This document shows, in pieces, positions 1-9,406 of a DNA stretch of 64,000 nucleotides. Source of the stretch: an uncultured bacterium (lineage in GTDB: Bacteria; Pseudomonadota; Gammaproteobacteria; Burkholderiales; SG8-39); assembly GCA_965233195.1 (NCBI GenBank), contig CBDDSB010000025.1, forward strand, positions 86,484 through 150,483, in the 5' to 3' direction. The notes under the pieces were generated by a model. It did not search any database. It saw nothing but the letters and a program-made list of their open reading frames with translations, and was not told where the DNA came from. Made by a program: the position numbers and the translations under genes. The number at the start of each line of letters is the position of its first letter. The first letter of the stretch is position 1.

Positions 1-1
1 T

Positions 2-1090
2 CAGGCTGTCCGCGGCGGCGATACGGCGGCGCGCGTCGCCGCCGACACCTTTGCGGTGCTCGCGGGCGACGTAATGCGCCCCGATGACGCGCTGCGCTTA
101 GGGAGCACCGTTCGCAAGGCCATGGCGCCGCCATTCATTGTCGACGCCCGCGAAATCCACGTCACCCTGAGCATCGGCGCAAGCGTGTCGCCACGCGACG
201 GCGCGGAGTTTGACCTTCTGCTGCGCAATGCGGACGCCGCGGCGAACCGCGTCAAGGAGGCGGGCGGAAACTCGTTCCAGTTCTACGCTGCGGACATGAC
301 GCTCCAGGCCCTGGACCGCGTCGAGATCGAGAATGCGCTGCGCTCGGCGATCGTGCAGAGGCAGCTCGAGCTGCATTATCAGCCGCAGGTCGAGCTCGCG
401 AGCGGCAGGATCATCGCCCTCGAAGCGCTGATGCGCTGGCACCACCCCAAGCGGGGCCTGGTTTCACCCGCGCTGTTCATTCCGATCGCCGAGGAATCGG
501 AGCTGATCCAGGAGCTCGGACTGTGGGCGCTGGTTGAGGCCACGCAGCGCGCCGGCCATTGGCACTCCGCGGGATGGCCCGTACGCGTGGCGGTGAACGT
601 GTCGGCGCGCCAATTCCGTCGCGACGGTTTCGTCGAGGCGGTCGCCGCTGCCCTGCGCACGCATGACCTAGACCCCGCGTCGCTCGAGCTCGAGCTGACC
701 GAGAGCGCACTGATCGACGACCGGGAAAAAGCGTTGCGCATCCTGCAGGGGCTGAAAACCATCGGCGTGCAGGTGGCGGTGGACGATTTCGGTACCGGCT
801 ACTCCAGCCTGAGCTACCTCTCGGGACTGCCGGTCGATTGCCTGAAGATCGATCGCGCCTTCGTCATGCGCCTGGGCAAGGGCGGCAGGGACGCCGCGCT
901 CGCCCAGGCGATCGTATCCATGGGCCATGCCCTCGGCCTGCGGGTCCTCGCCGAGGGCGTTGAAACCGCGGAGCAGCTCCAGATCCTGCGCGCGCAAGGC
1001 TGCGACGAGGGACAGGGTTACCTGTTCGCCAAGCCGGCGCCGCCGGAGGCGCTTGCCGCGCTCCTCAAGAAAGGAAAAGTCGATGTCTGA
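2..1090 (+). CDS. GGDEF(degenerate)-EAL c-di-GMP phosphodiesterase, 5' end outside window
   Basis: Open frame from nt 2 (QAVRGGDTAARVAADTFAVL; AADTF sits at the GGDEF position); intact EAL motifs EALMRW, VAVNVS, ELELTE, DDFGTGYSS, KID, EGVE, QGY. Confidence 0.9.
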   Translation, partial: QAVRGGDTAARVAADTFAVLAGDVMRPDDALRLGSTVRKAMAPPFIVDAREIHVTLSIGASVSPRDGAEFDLLLRNADAAANRVKEAGGNSFQFYAADMTLQALDRVEIENALRSAIVQRQLELHYQPQVELASGRIIALEALMRWHHPKRGLVSPALFIPIAEESELIQELGLWALVEATQRAGHWHSAGWPVRVAVNVSARQFRRDGFVEAVAAALRTHDLDPASLELELTESALIDDREKALRILQGLKTIGVQVAVDDFGTGYSSLSYLSGLPVDCLKIDRAFVMRLGKGGRDAALAQAIVSMGHALGLRVLAEGVETAEQLQILRAQGCDEGQGYLFAKPAPPEALAALLKKGKVDV

Positions 1091-1523
1091 GAAGATGATC
1101 CTGCTGGTGGAGGACAGCCCCGACGACGAGGAGCTGACCACGCGCGCGCTTCGCCAGGCCAAGATCGCCAACGAGATCGTGGTGGCGCGCGACGGCGCGG
1201 AGGCGGTCGAGTTCCTGTTCGGCGAGGGCGCGCATGCCGGGCGCGATCTCTCGCGCATGCCCGCTGTAATCCTGCTCGACCTCAAGCTGCCCAAGCTCTC
1301 GGGCCTCGACGTGCTGGACCGCTTGCGCGCCGACCCGCGCACCAAGCTCATTCCGACGGTGATCCTCACCTCGTCGAGCGAGGAGGAGGACATGCTGAAG
1401 AGCTACCAGCTCGGCGCCAATAGCTACGTGCGCAAGCCGGTGGAGTTCGGACAGTTTGCCAATGCCGTCAGCCAGCTGGGGATCTATTGGGTGCTTCTGA
1501 ACCAGCAAGTGCCGCAGCGCTAA
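1083..1523 (+). CDS. Single-domain response regulator (Rcp1-like)
   Basis: ILLVEDSPDD...VILLDLKLPKLSG...ILTSS...SYQLGANSYVRKP; ATG overlaps the EAL gene end. Confidence 0.9.
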   Translation: MSEKMILLVEDSPDDEELTTRALRQAKIANEIVVARDGAEAVEFLFGEGAHAGRDLSRMPAVILLDLKLPKLSGLDVLDRLRADPRTKLIPTVILTSSSEEEDMLKSYQLGANSYVRKPVEFGQFANAVSQLGIYWVLLNQQVPQR

Positions 1524-1533
1524 GCGCTGCGCG

Positions 1534-1770
1534 TCATAATTCGAGCAGGCGGTGGCGGATCGCCAGCCGGACGAGCGCAGGCAGATCGCCGATGCCGAGC
1601 TTGCCCATGATCCGGCTGCGGTAGGTGTCGACGGTACTCGGCAGCACCCCGAGGTTGCGCGCGATCTGCTTGCTGCTGCCGCCTTCGACCACCAGTTTGA
1701 GCACCTGGATTTCCCGGGGACTCAACTGGTCGAGCGGGGACGCCACCGGGCCGTTCAACACCGAGCTCAC
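1534..1770 (-). CDS. Stand-alone LuxR/NarL-type HTH protein
   Basis: LSPREIQVLKLVVEGGSSKQIARNLGVLPSTVDTYRSRIMGKLG is the LuxR C-terminal HTH; no receiver domain; GTG start at 1770 is inferred (ORF open to 1887). Confidence 0.75.
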   Translation of the reverse strand: MSSVLNGPVASPLDQLSPREIQVLKLVVEGGSSKQIARNLGVLPSTVDTYRSRIMGKLGIGDLPALVRLAIRHRLLEL

Positions 1771-1885
1771 CGCGACGATGCTGCCCCACCGGCGCGGGAG
1801 GCGCTGTCGCCCTTCGTCGCAAAGCGCTGTCCGGCAATTCCGGACGCGAGCTCTGCGGCGGAGACGGCCCTGTACACTCGCCCCC

Positions 1886-2983
1886 ATGGCTGCGCGCGAC
1901 CGTTACAAAGTTGCGCTGGTGAAGGACCTCGCCGGGCGCAAGCACGCCGAGGAAGCTTCGCTGCGCGTCATCAACACCATTCCGATCATGGCGTGGACCC
2001 TGCTGCCGGACGGCTCGCTGGATTTCGTCAACGAGCGCTGGCTGGACTACACCGGGCTTTCCCTGCAGGAAGCGGTGGCGACACCGACCGCCATCGTCCA
2101 TCCGAAGGATTTGCCCGCTGCGGTCGCGCAGTGGTCCGCGTCCATGATTGCCGGGCGCGCGCACGAAGCCGAGCTGCGCCTGCGCCGTGCAGATGGCGAG
2201 TACCGCTGGTTCCTGGTCCGGGTGGTGCCGCTGCGGAACGACGACGGCGATATCGTGAAGTGGTACGGCACCAGCACCGACATCGAGGACCGCAAACGCG
2301 CGGAAGACGGTTCGCGGCACGCGGCGGAGGAGCTGCAGGCACTGTCGAGGCGGCTGGTGGAGCTTCAGGAGGCGGAGCGCAGGACGCTGTCCCGCGAGCT
2401 GCACGATCGCGTAGGTCAGGACCTCACAGCGCTCAGCATCCAGCTGGGCATTGTCAGGGACGCGCTTCCCGCGCACGTCGAGACCGGGATCCGTGCGCGT
2501 CTGGAGGACGCGGCAGCGCTGGTGCGATCGACGGCATCGACCATCGCGAACGTCATCGCGGATCTGCGCCCCCCGATGCTCGACGACTACGGTCTGCCGG
2601 CGGCGCTGCGCTGGTACGCCAGGCAGTTCTCCGAGCGCGCCGGCGTCGCCGTATCCGTGGAAGCCGGCGACTCGCCGGGCCGAATCGCGCGCGACGTGGA
2701 GATCGCGCTTTTCCGCATCGCGCAGGAGGCGCTAACCAACGTCGCGAAACATGCGCGCGCGAGGCAGGCTGTGATTACGCTGGAGCGGGCGCAGTCGGAT
2801 TACGTGATGTCCATCGCCGACGACGGCCTGGGCATGGCGGCGATCCCTCAGAGGCCGGAAGGGCAACGGCCTGGCCTCGGGCTGGTGACCATGCGGGAGC
2901 GCGCGCAGGCGGTCGGCGGCCGATTCAGCGTCGAGCCGGTGGCGGGCGGCGGAATCCGGCTCACCGTGCGAGTGCCCGCTTGA
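1886..2983 (+). CDS. PAS/PAC sensor histidine kinase (HisKA_3, NarX/UhpB-like)
   Basis: PAS_3 (FVNERWLDYTG, DGEYRWF, WYGTSTDIEDRK), H-box RELHDRVGQ, QEALTNVAKHA, DDGLG, GLGLVTMRER. Confidence 0.9.
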   Translation: MAARDRYKVALVKDLAGRKHAEEASLRVINTIPIMAWTLLPDGSLDFVNERWLDYTGLSLQEAVATPTAIVHPKDLPAAVAQWSASMIAGRAHEAELRLRRADGEYRWFLVRVVPLRNDDGDIVKWYGTSTDIEDRKRAEDGSRHAAEELQALSRRLVELQEAERRTLSRELHDRVGQDLTALSIQLGIVRDALPAHVETGIRARLEDAAALVRSTASTIANVIADLRPPMLDDYGLPAALRWYARQFSERAGVAVSVEAGDSPGRIARDVEIALFRIAQEALTNVAKHARARQAVITLERAQSDYVMSIADDGLGMAAIPQRPEGQRPGLGLVTMRERAQAVGGRFSVEPVAGGGIRLTVRVPA

Positions 2984-3618
2984 GGATCAAGGTGTTGGTG
3001 GCCGACGACCATCGCGTGGTCGCGGACGGCCTGCGCTCGCTGATCGACGGGCAGCAGGACATGAAGGTCGTCGCGGTCGCGGGCAACGGCCTCGAGGCGG
3101 CGCGCCGCTGCATCGACACGCGCCCCGACGTCGTAGTAATGGACCACGCGATGCCGGAGATGAACGGCACCGAGGCGGCACAGATGATCCGGGCCAGGAG
3201 AAGCGCCACGCGCGTCATCATCCTGTCCATGCACTCGAATGCGGAGCATGTGCAGCGGGCGCTGCAGGCGGGCGTCAACGGTTACGTGCTGAAGGTAGCT
3301 GCGGGCGACGAGCTGGTGGGGGCGATCCGTGCCGTGCACGCCGGACGGCGCTACCTGAGCGCTCCGCTGACCGAAGAGCTGCTCGACCGCATGATCGATA
3401 ACGGCGAAGACGTCGTGTCCAAGCTCAGCGCGCGCGAGCGGCAAGTCCTGAAGATGCTGGCGGAAGGGCATTCGGTCGTGCGCATCGCCGCCAGGCTTTC
3501 CTTGTCGCGAAAGACCGTGGAAACGTATCGCGAGCGCACGATGGAGAAGCTGAAGCTCACGGATTTGCCCGGCCTGGTGAAGTTCGCGCTCAAACACGGG
3601 ATCATCGTGCTCGACTAG
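2980..3618 (+). CDS. NarL-family response regulator
   Basis: TTG overlapping the kinase stop; IKVLVADDH, VMD, ILSMH, GYVLK, C-terminal LSARERQVL...KTVETYR HTH. Confidence 0.9.
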   Translation: MRIKVLVADDHRVVADGLRSLIDGQQDMKVVAVAGNGLEAARRCIDTRPDVVVMDHAMPEMNGTEAAQMIRARRSATRVIILSMHSNAEHVQRALQAGVNGYVLKVAAGDELVGAIRAVHAGRRYLSAPLTEELLDRMIDNGEDVVSKLSARERQVLKMLAEGHSVVRIAARLSLSRKTVETYRERTMEKLKLTDLPGLVKFALKHGIIVLD

Positions 3619-4694
3619 GGTCCTTCTCCCTGGAGGCACATCTGCACCAGTAGGCGGATCTTGTTGCTCGCTTCCGGGCTTAATGAGGTGAACTCGAGCC
3701 CGGCGCCCTGCTGGCGGAGCGACACGATGCGCGCGTAGATATCGTCGGCGCGGTAATCCAGGCGCGGCATCTCGAACGCGAGCTTTACTTCCGAGTAGAC
3801 CGGCAACGGCGCGGCGAACTGCACGAGCGCCCCGTGGTAGCCGATGTCGAGCATCCTGCCGACCAGCGGCCGCGACTCCACGAGCTTGCCCTCCATCGGC
3901 CGGTACTCGACCGAGAGATCCACGCTGACCCGCGGGCTTTTGCGCACTTCCTGACGCGGCACGACTTTCCCGAGCTCGGGAATCGCCAGCGCCTCGCGAA
4001 TGCGCAACTGCTCGCTCTTGCCCTTGACATAAACCTCCATCGGCTCGCCCGCCTGCACGAACTCGTGGCAATGCGCATAGGTTTCCTCGCTCATCAGTAC
4101 CTGACCGCGAAGGCTGAACGCTTCAATTCGCGCCGCAAGGTTGACCTGCTCGCCGATCACCGTATACGCACGGTAAGCGCTGGAGCCGATGAGTCCGGCC
4201 ATCACGCTGCCGGTGCTGATGCCGATGCCAATGTAGATTTCCGGGAGCTTGTCATCCCGATGCTCGCGCCTTAGCTCGTCCATGCCGATCTGCATCTCCA
4301 CCGCGCACAGAAGCGCGCGCTGCGCGTGATCGCGCGGCGAGCTGTGGTCGCCGTGGAACACGACCATGATGGCGTCGCCCATGAACTTGTCGATGGTGCC
4401 GTAATGCCGCACCACGATTTCGGTCATCCGGCCGAAGCAGCGGCTGAGGACGCCGAGCACGACGTCGGGCGGATAGGAAGCGGTGATGGCGGAAAAACCA
4501 CGCAGGTCGGCGAACAGGATCGTCGCGTCGCGCTGGGAATACCCCGCGTCCGCCCGCCCGCCGTCCGCTGCGGTAAGGCGCTGCAGCGCTTCTTCTACCC
4601 GCTGGCTTGCTTCGCGGTCGAGCGCAGAGCCTTTGGCTTCGACCACGATGTCCTGGATCACACGCAGCACGTCGTGGAGCAGTGGGTCGCGCAT
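3615..4694 (-). CDS. Class III adenylate cyclase with C-terminal PilZ domain
   Basis: FADLRGFS, IDKFMGDAIM, YTVIGEQVNLAARIE; C-terminal RKSPR (RxxxR) and DIGYHG, ending GAGLEF like PilZ. Confidence 0.85.
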   Translation of the reverse strand: MRDPLLHDVLRVIQDIVVEAKGSALDREASQRVEEALQRLTAADGGRADAGYSQRDATILFADLRGFSAITASYPPDVVLGVLSRCFGRMTEIVVRHYGTIDKFMGDAIMVVFHGDHSSPRDHAQRALLCAVEMQIGMDELRREHRDDKLPEIYIGIGISTGSVMAGLIGSSAYRAYTVIGEQVNLAARIEAFSLRGQVLMSEETYAHCHEFVQAGEPMEVYVKGKSEQLRIREALAIPELGKVVPRQEVRKSPRVSVDLSVEYRPMEGKLVESRPLVGRMLDIGYHGALVQFAAPLPVYSEVKLAFEMPRLDYRADDIYARIVSLRQQGAGLEFTSLSPEASNKIRLLVQMCLQGEGP

Positions 4695-4817
4695 GACAAC
4701 CGGAAGATACCCCCGGCTTGCGGTCGGCGTTGTACGGTTTTCTGTACAGAGGTGGATTAACGGAATGTCATGCTTCCGTCATCCCGGGCCCATGCGCTCG
4801 CCGATAGGCTGCACCGC

Positions 4818-5537
4818 ATGTCAGAGCCTCATGTTCTAACGGTTGATGCCGATCCGGCGGCGCGCGAACTGATCGCCGCCTATCTGCGACAGCATCAGGT
4901 TCGGGTCACGACGCTCGCCGACGCCGATGCCATGCACGCGGTGCTCGCGGACGAAGTCGTGGACCTTGTGATGCTCGATCTCCAGCCCTCGCGCGACGAT
5001 GCCATCGAACGGGCGCGCCTGCTGCGGAACACATCGGCGATCCCGATCATCATGCTTAGTAGTCGACGTGAAGTGGCCGATCTCGTGATGGCGCTCGAGA
5101 TGGGCGCGGATGATTACATGACAAAGCCGTTCAGTCCGCGAGAGCTGCTGGCCCGCATCCGCGCCGTGCTACGGCGCCAGCCGGGCGGGCCGTTGCAGGG
5201 CAAGCCGCCGGGCGTGCGCGCATTTCGTTTCGACGGTTGGGAGCTCAACCTGAGCACGCGGCGGCTGCTGGGTCGCGATGGCCCGGCGGCCGCGCTCACC
5301 AACGTGCAGTTCGGCCTCCTGCTGGCGCTGCTGGGCTCGCCGCGGCGCATCCTCTCGCGGCGCGAGCTGCTGGACCTGTCCCGTCTGCACAACGACGAGG
5401 TGTACGAACGCTCGGTCGACGTGCAGATCATGCGCTTGCGCCGCAGGATCGAGCAGGATCCGTCGCAGCCGCGCTGCATCGTTACCGAACGCGGTGCCGG
5501 CTATGTCCTCAACGCACAGGTCCAGACCATCTACTGA
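4818..5537 (+). CDS. OmpR-family response regulator (orphan)
   Basis: REC (VMLDL, PIIMLS, GADDYMTKPFSPRELLAR) plus wHTH (RSVDVQIMRLRRRIE, TERGAGY). Confidence 0.88.
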   Translation: MSEPHVLTVDADPAARELIAAYLRQHQVRVTTLADADAMHAVLADEVVDLVMLDLQPSRDDAIERARLLRNTSAIPIIMLSSRREVADLVMALEMGADDYMTKPFSPRELLARIRAVLRRQPGGPLQGKPPGVRAFRFDGWELNLSTRRLLGRDGPAAALTNVQFGLLLALLGSPRRILSRRELLDLSRLHNDEVYERSVDVQIMRLRRRIEQDPSQPRCIVTERGAGYVLNAQVQTIY

Positions 5538-5538
5538 C

Positions 5539-5889
5539 GTGAACATACATGCATCCATCGTTATCGCCGCGCTGCTTGCAACCACGGCCTCCGGCGTCGG
5601 CCACGCCGGGCCTTATCCCGCCGCCGGCGGAGTGGTCGAGCGCGTGAGCGTGGTCCGGCTGGCGCAGGACTCTGCTAGCGGCCCAGGCGAGCTCGAACAC
5701 GCATACAAGCCGCGCACGGGCGCAGAGCTCGTGGTGCGGCTCGACGACGGGCGCGCGATTCGCATCCGGCCGCGCGAGACGAAGATTTTCGCGCCGGGCG
5801 AGCGCGTTCTCGTCGTGCCTGACCCCACGGGGGTGCGGCTGGAGCATGCAGACGAGCCCTCTTCATTTTTTTCTTTAACCCGCAAGTGA
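5539..5889 (+). CDS. Small secreted hypothetical protein (SlyB C-terminal-like beta domain)
   Basis: Hydrophobic signal-like N-terminus; GAELVVRLDDGR...FAPGERVLV resembles the SlyB/Pcp tail; GTG start inferred. Confidence 0.5.
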   Translation: MNIHASIVIAALLATTASGVGHAGPYPAAGGVVERVSVVRLAQDSASGPGELEHAYKPRTGAELVVRLDDGRAIRIRPRETKIFAPGERVLVVPDPTGVRLEHADEPSSFFSLTRK

Positions 5890-5902
5890 AAGGAGTAGCA
5901 CC

Positions 5903-6148
5903 ATGAAACAGAAATACCGCCATACCCTCGTAGCCGCGGTGTTCGCCGGCCTGGCGTTCTCGGCTTCCGCCCAGAACCTCAGGGTTCCCGAGAATGCCGA
6001 CGTTCCCCTCGAGCAGGACGTGATTGCCGAATCGGCCGAAGCCTGCCCGGGCGGCACGATCCCCAGCACCCCGGCCTATGGCTTCCAGGACGGCCGCCTG
6101 GTGCAGAACGGCTGGGTATGCGAAAGCCTTTATCCGCAAAGCGACTAG
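5903..6148 (+). CDS. Small secreted protein with two Cys
   Basis: Strong SD AAGGAG; signal peptide ending ASA-Q; CPGG...GWVCE. Confidence 0.7.
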   Translation: MKQKYRHTLVAAVFAGLAFSASAQNLRVPENADVPLEQDVIAESAEACPGGTIPSTPAYGFQDGRLVQNGWVCESLYPQSD

Positions 6149-6151
6149 GCC

Positions 6152-6193
6152 CGAAAGCGTCCCCGGGGCCCTGCGCCCCGGGGATGACTTTCG
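6152..6193 (+). terminator. GC-rich stem-loop after the small secreted gene
   Basis: cgaaag..tccccgggg / ccccgggga..ctttcg inverted repeat; no clear U-tract. Confidence 0.4.
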
Positions 6194-6220
6194 CCGCCAG
6201 ATGCGTTCTGATGCAATGCC

Positions 6221-6901
6221 ATGAAAGTGCTCCTGGTCGAGGATAACGAGCGCGTCGCCAACTTCGTGAAGAAGGGGCTCGCGGAAGCGGGCCACACCGT
6301 CGATCACGCCGACAACGGGCGCGACGGTATGTTCCTCGCCGCGGGCGAGCCCTACGACGTGATCGTCATGGATCGCATGCTGCCGGGGAACATCGACGGT
6401 CTCGGTATCATTGCCGCGCTGCGAAAATCCGGCAGCAAGGTGCCGATCCTCATCCTGAGCGCGCTGGCCGACGTCGACGAGCGCATCCGCGGCCTGCAGA
6501 GCGGGGGCGACGATTACCTGGTGAAGCCTTTCGCCTTCGGCGAGCTGCTCGCGCGCCTCGACGCGCTGGCCAGGCGCGCGCAGGTCCAGGGGGCGGAGAC
6601 CACGCTGGCGCTGGACGATCTGAGCGTCGACCTGCTGTCGCGCAAAGTCACGCGCGCCGGCAAACCAGTGTCGCTCCAGCCGCGCGAGTTCAAGCTGCTC
6701 GAGTACCTTCTGCGGCACGCGAACCAGGTGGTCACGCGCACCATGCTGCTGGAGAACGTCTGGGACTATCGCTTCGATCCCCAGACCAACGTGGTCGACG
6801 TGCACGTCAGCCGGCTGCGGCAGAAGATCGACGCCGGCTTCGCGCGGCCGCTGCTGAAGACCATCCGCAATGCGGGGTATATGCTGACCGCGGAGGACTA
6901 G
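6221..6901 (+). CDS. OmpR-family response regulator (CusR/ColR-like)
   Basis: MKVLLVED, DRMLP, GGDDYLVKPFAFGEL, VWDYRFDPQTNVVDVHVSRLR. Confidence 0.92.
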   Translation: MKVLLVEDNERVANFVKKGLAEAGHTVDHADNGRDGMFLAAGEPYDVIVMDRMLPGNIDGLGIIAALRKSGSKVPILILSALADVDERIRGLQSGGDDYLVKPFAFGELLARLDALARRAQVQGAETTLALDDLSVDLLSRKVTRAGKPVSLQPREFKLLEYLLRHANQVVTRTMLLENVWDYRFDPQTNVVDVHVSRLRQKIDAGFARPLLKTIRNAGYMLTAED

Positions 6902-6932
6902 GCTCCTGCGCTTTTCCGCGCGCAACGTCGCC

Positions 6933-8252
6933 GTGGTCTACATCGCGCTGAGCTTGGCGCTGCTCGCGCTGTTCGCGGCGCCGCTGTGGTACGAGTGGCA
7001 TCATCGCATCGAGCGCGCGCGCAACGAGTTCCTGCATGACCACGCGGATCGGCTGACGGAGGTTTTCCGGCGTGAAGGCCTCGACGGTCTAGCGCGCGCG
7101 ATCGGCAGGCAGGTCGGCGACACGCCGCGAGCGGGCGACCGGATACTGCTGCTCACCGACGGTTCCTTTTCGCGCCTGGCGGGCAACCTGAAGGCCTGGC
7201 CTGCCGGAGTTTCTACTTCGCCGGGCCTGCACCGGCTGTCGACTGCCATCGATGGGACGCCGGTCCACGTATCCATGATCGCCACCAGCCTGCCCGGCGG
7301 GTACCACCTTCTGGTCGGCAATGACGTCACCCGATTCCGGGTGGTCGAGGCCTTTTTCTGGTATGGGCTGCTCGCGATGTTCGGCGCCATCCTGCTGCTG
7401 GGCATGCTGTCGGGCTGGCTGGTGCGACGCGCGCTGTTTGCCGAGCTGCACACGCTCAGCCAGACCACCTCGGCGATCGTCGAGGGGAATTTATCGCGCC
7501 GCCTGCCGGTGCGCGGCGACGCGCACGAGCTCGACATCCTCGCGCAGACCATCAACCGCATGCTCGAGCAGATCGAGCAGCTGCTGCACGGCGTGCGCAA
7601 CGTGTCGAACGCGATCGCCCACGATCTGCGCACGCCGCTGGCCGAGCTGCGCTCGCGGCTGGAGGAGCTGGTGGTGACGCGGCCGCCCGCGGAGGAGATG
7701 CGCGCCGAGATCGAGAGCGCCGTCGCCGACGTGGACCGGGTGATCGGCATCTTCAACGCGCTCCTGCGCCTGGCCGAGATCGACACCGGCGCGCGCCGCT
7801 CTGGCTTCGTGCAGGTCGATGTGACGCAGGTGGCGGCCGAGGCGGCGGAGTTCTACCAGCCGGTGGCGGAGCTCAAGGGCGTGAAGCTCGCCTTCCACAG
7901 CAACGGCACCTACAAGGTGGCGGGCGATCCGCTGCTGCTCGCGCAGGCGATCGGCAACCTGATCGACAACGCGCTCAAGTACTCGCCGGCAAACGGCAGC
8001 ATCGCCGTGGCCACCACGCAACGGCGCGACGGCGCGGTCGAGATCTCGGTCTGCGACGACGGCCCGGGGATTCCGGACGCGGAGAAATCGCGCGTGTCGC
8101 AGCGCTTCTACCGCGGCGACGCGAGCCGCGGCACGCCGGGCGTGGGCCTGGGGCTGAGCCTGGTCGAGGGCGTGGCCCGGCTGCACGGCGGCGCGCTCGA
8201 GCTCGACGACAACCGGCCGGGCCTGCGCGCCACCCTCGTCGTCTCTTCCTAA
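6933..8252 (+). CDS. HAMP-domain membrane sensor histidine kinase
   Basis: Two TM segments, HAMP, IAHDLRTPL, NLIDNALKY, DDGPG, GLGL. Confidence 0.9.
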   Translation: MVYIALSLALLALFAAPLWYEWHHRIERARNEFLHDHADRLTEVFRREGLDGLARAIGRQVGDTPRAGDRILLLTDGSFSRLAGNLKAWPAGVSTSPGLHRLSTAIDGTPVHVSMIATSLPGGYHLLVGNDVTRFRVVEAFFWYGLLAMFGAILLLGMLSGWLVRRALFAELHTLSQTTSAIVEGNLSRRLPVRGDAHELDILAQTINRMLEQIEQLLHGVRNVSNAIAHDLRTPLAELRSRLEELVVTRPPAEEMRAEIESAVADVDRVIGIFNALLRLAEIDTGARRSGFVQVDVTQVAAEAAEFYQPVAELKGVKLAFHSNGTYKVAGDPLLLAQAIGNLIDNALKYSPANGSIAVATTQRRDGAVEISVCDDGPGIPDAEKSRVSQRFYRGDASRGTPGVGLGLSLVEGVARLHGGALELDDNRPGLRATLVVSS

Positions 8253-8398
8253 ATTTTCGTTCACCTGCGGGCCATCGGGGCGCAATCGCGCCCCCGCTAC
8301 GCTGGACGTCACTTTCAACCTGACCGAAGGAAAAACCCGCCATGTTCGCCAGGAGCGACTGACTCGTGGGCAGCAAGCCGAAATTTCTCGATCTCAAC

Positions 8399-9388
8399 AT
8401 GGAATTCGCCCGCATTCCCGGCACCTCTATCGAAGTCTCGCGCATCGCGCTCGGCACCTGGGCGATCGGCGGCTGGATGTGGGGCGGAACCGAAGAGGAC
8501 GAATCGATTGCGACCATCCGCGCTGCCCTCGATCGAGGCGTCACCGTGTTCGATACGGCGCCGGTGTACGGTTTCGGCCGCTCCGAGGAAATCCTCGGCA
8601 GCGCGCTCGCGGCGCCCGGACTGCGCGCGCGCGCGGTGATCGCCACGAAGGCCGGCCTCGAGTGGCGCGACGGCAAGGTTTTCCGCAATGCCAGCCGACA
8701 GCGAATCCTGCAGGAGCTCGACGACTCGCTGCGCCGATTGCGCACCGATTACATCGACATCTACCAGGTGCACTGGCCCGATCCCCTGGTGCCGATGGAG
8801 GAAACCGCGGCGGCGATGGCCGAGCTCTACCGGCAGGGAAAGATCCGCGCCATCGGCGTGAGCAATTTCTCGGTCGCGCAGATGGCGGCTTTCCGGCGCG
8901 TCGCGCCGCTGCACGTGCTGCAGTCGCCCTATAACCTCTTCGAGCGCGGCATCGAGGACGAGATCCTGCCGTACTGCCGCCGCAACCACATCGCGGTGCT
9001 GGGCTACGGGGCCCTGTGCCGCGGACTGCTCTCCGGCCGGATGCGGCACGACACGACCTTCAGCGGCGACGACCTGCGCCGCAACGATCCGAAATTCCAG
9101 GCGCCGCGCTTCGCCCAGTATCTGGGCGCTGTGCAGCGGCTCGATCTTCTCGCGCAGTATCGCTATGCCAAGCAGGTCATCCACCTCGCGGTTCGCTGGA
9201 TGCTTGACCAGGGCGTCACGGTTGCGCTGTGGGGCGCGCGCCGCCCGGAGCAACTCGCTCCGGTCGCCGAAGTTGCGGGCTGGTCGATCGAGGACGAGGT
9301 CAACGCCGAGATCGACCGCGTGCTGCGCGAGCGCATCGCCGACCCGGTGGGCCCGGAGTTCATGGCGCCGCCCGCGCGCCCGCAATAA
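8399..9388 (+). CDS. Aldo/keto reductase
   Basis: LGTWAIGG, FDTAPVYGFGRSEE, IATK, YIDIYQVHWPD, IGVSNF. Confidence 0.92.
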   Translation: MEFARIPGTSIEVSRIALGTWAIGGWMWGGTEEDESIATIRAALDRGVTVFDTAPVYGFGRSEEILGSALAAPGLRARAVIATKAGLEWRDGKVFRNASRQRILQELDDSLRRLRTDYIDIYQVHWPDPLVPMEETAAAMAELYRQGKIRAIGVSNFSVAQMAAFRRVAPLHVLQSPYNLFERGIEDEILPYCRRNHIAVLGYGALCRGLLSGRMRHDTTFSGDDLRRNDPKFQAPRFAQYLGAVQRLDLLAQYRYAKQVIHLAVRWMLDQGVTVALWGARRPEQLAPVAEVAGWSIEDEVNAEIDRVLRERIADPVGPEFMAPPARPQ

Positions 9389-9406
9389 CACAACCCTGGA
9401 GTTCGT

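Noticed and set aside
1552-2979. Long N-terminal extensions in the ORF track (also 9229, 20576, 56833, 19732-20436, 15447-15881)
   Set aside because: Alternative frames overlapping other real genes; true starts are at the internal positions listed.
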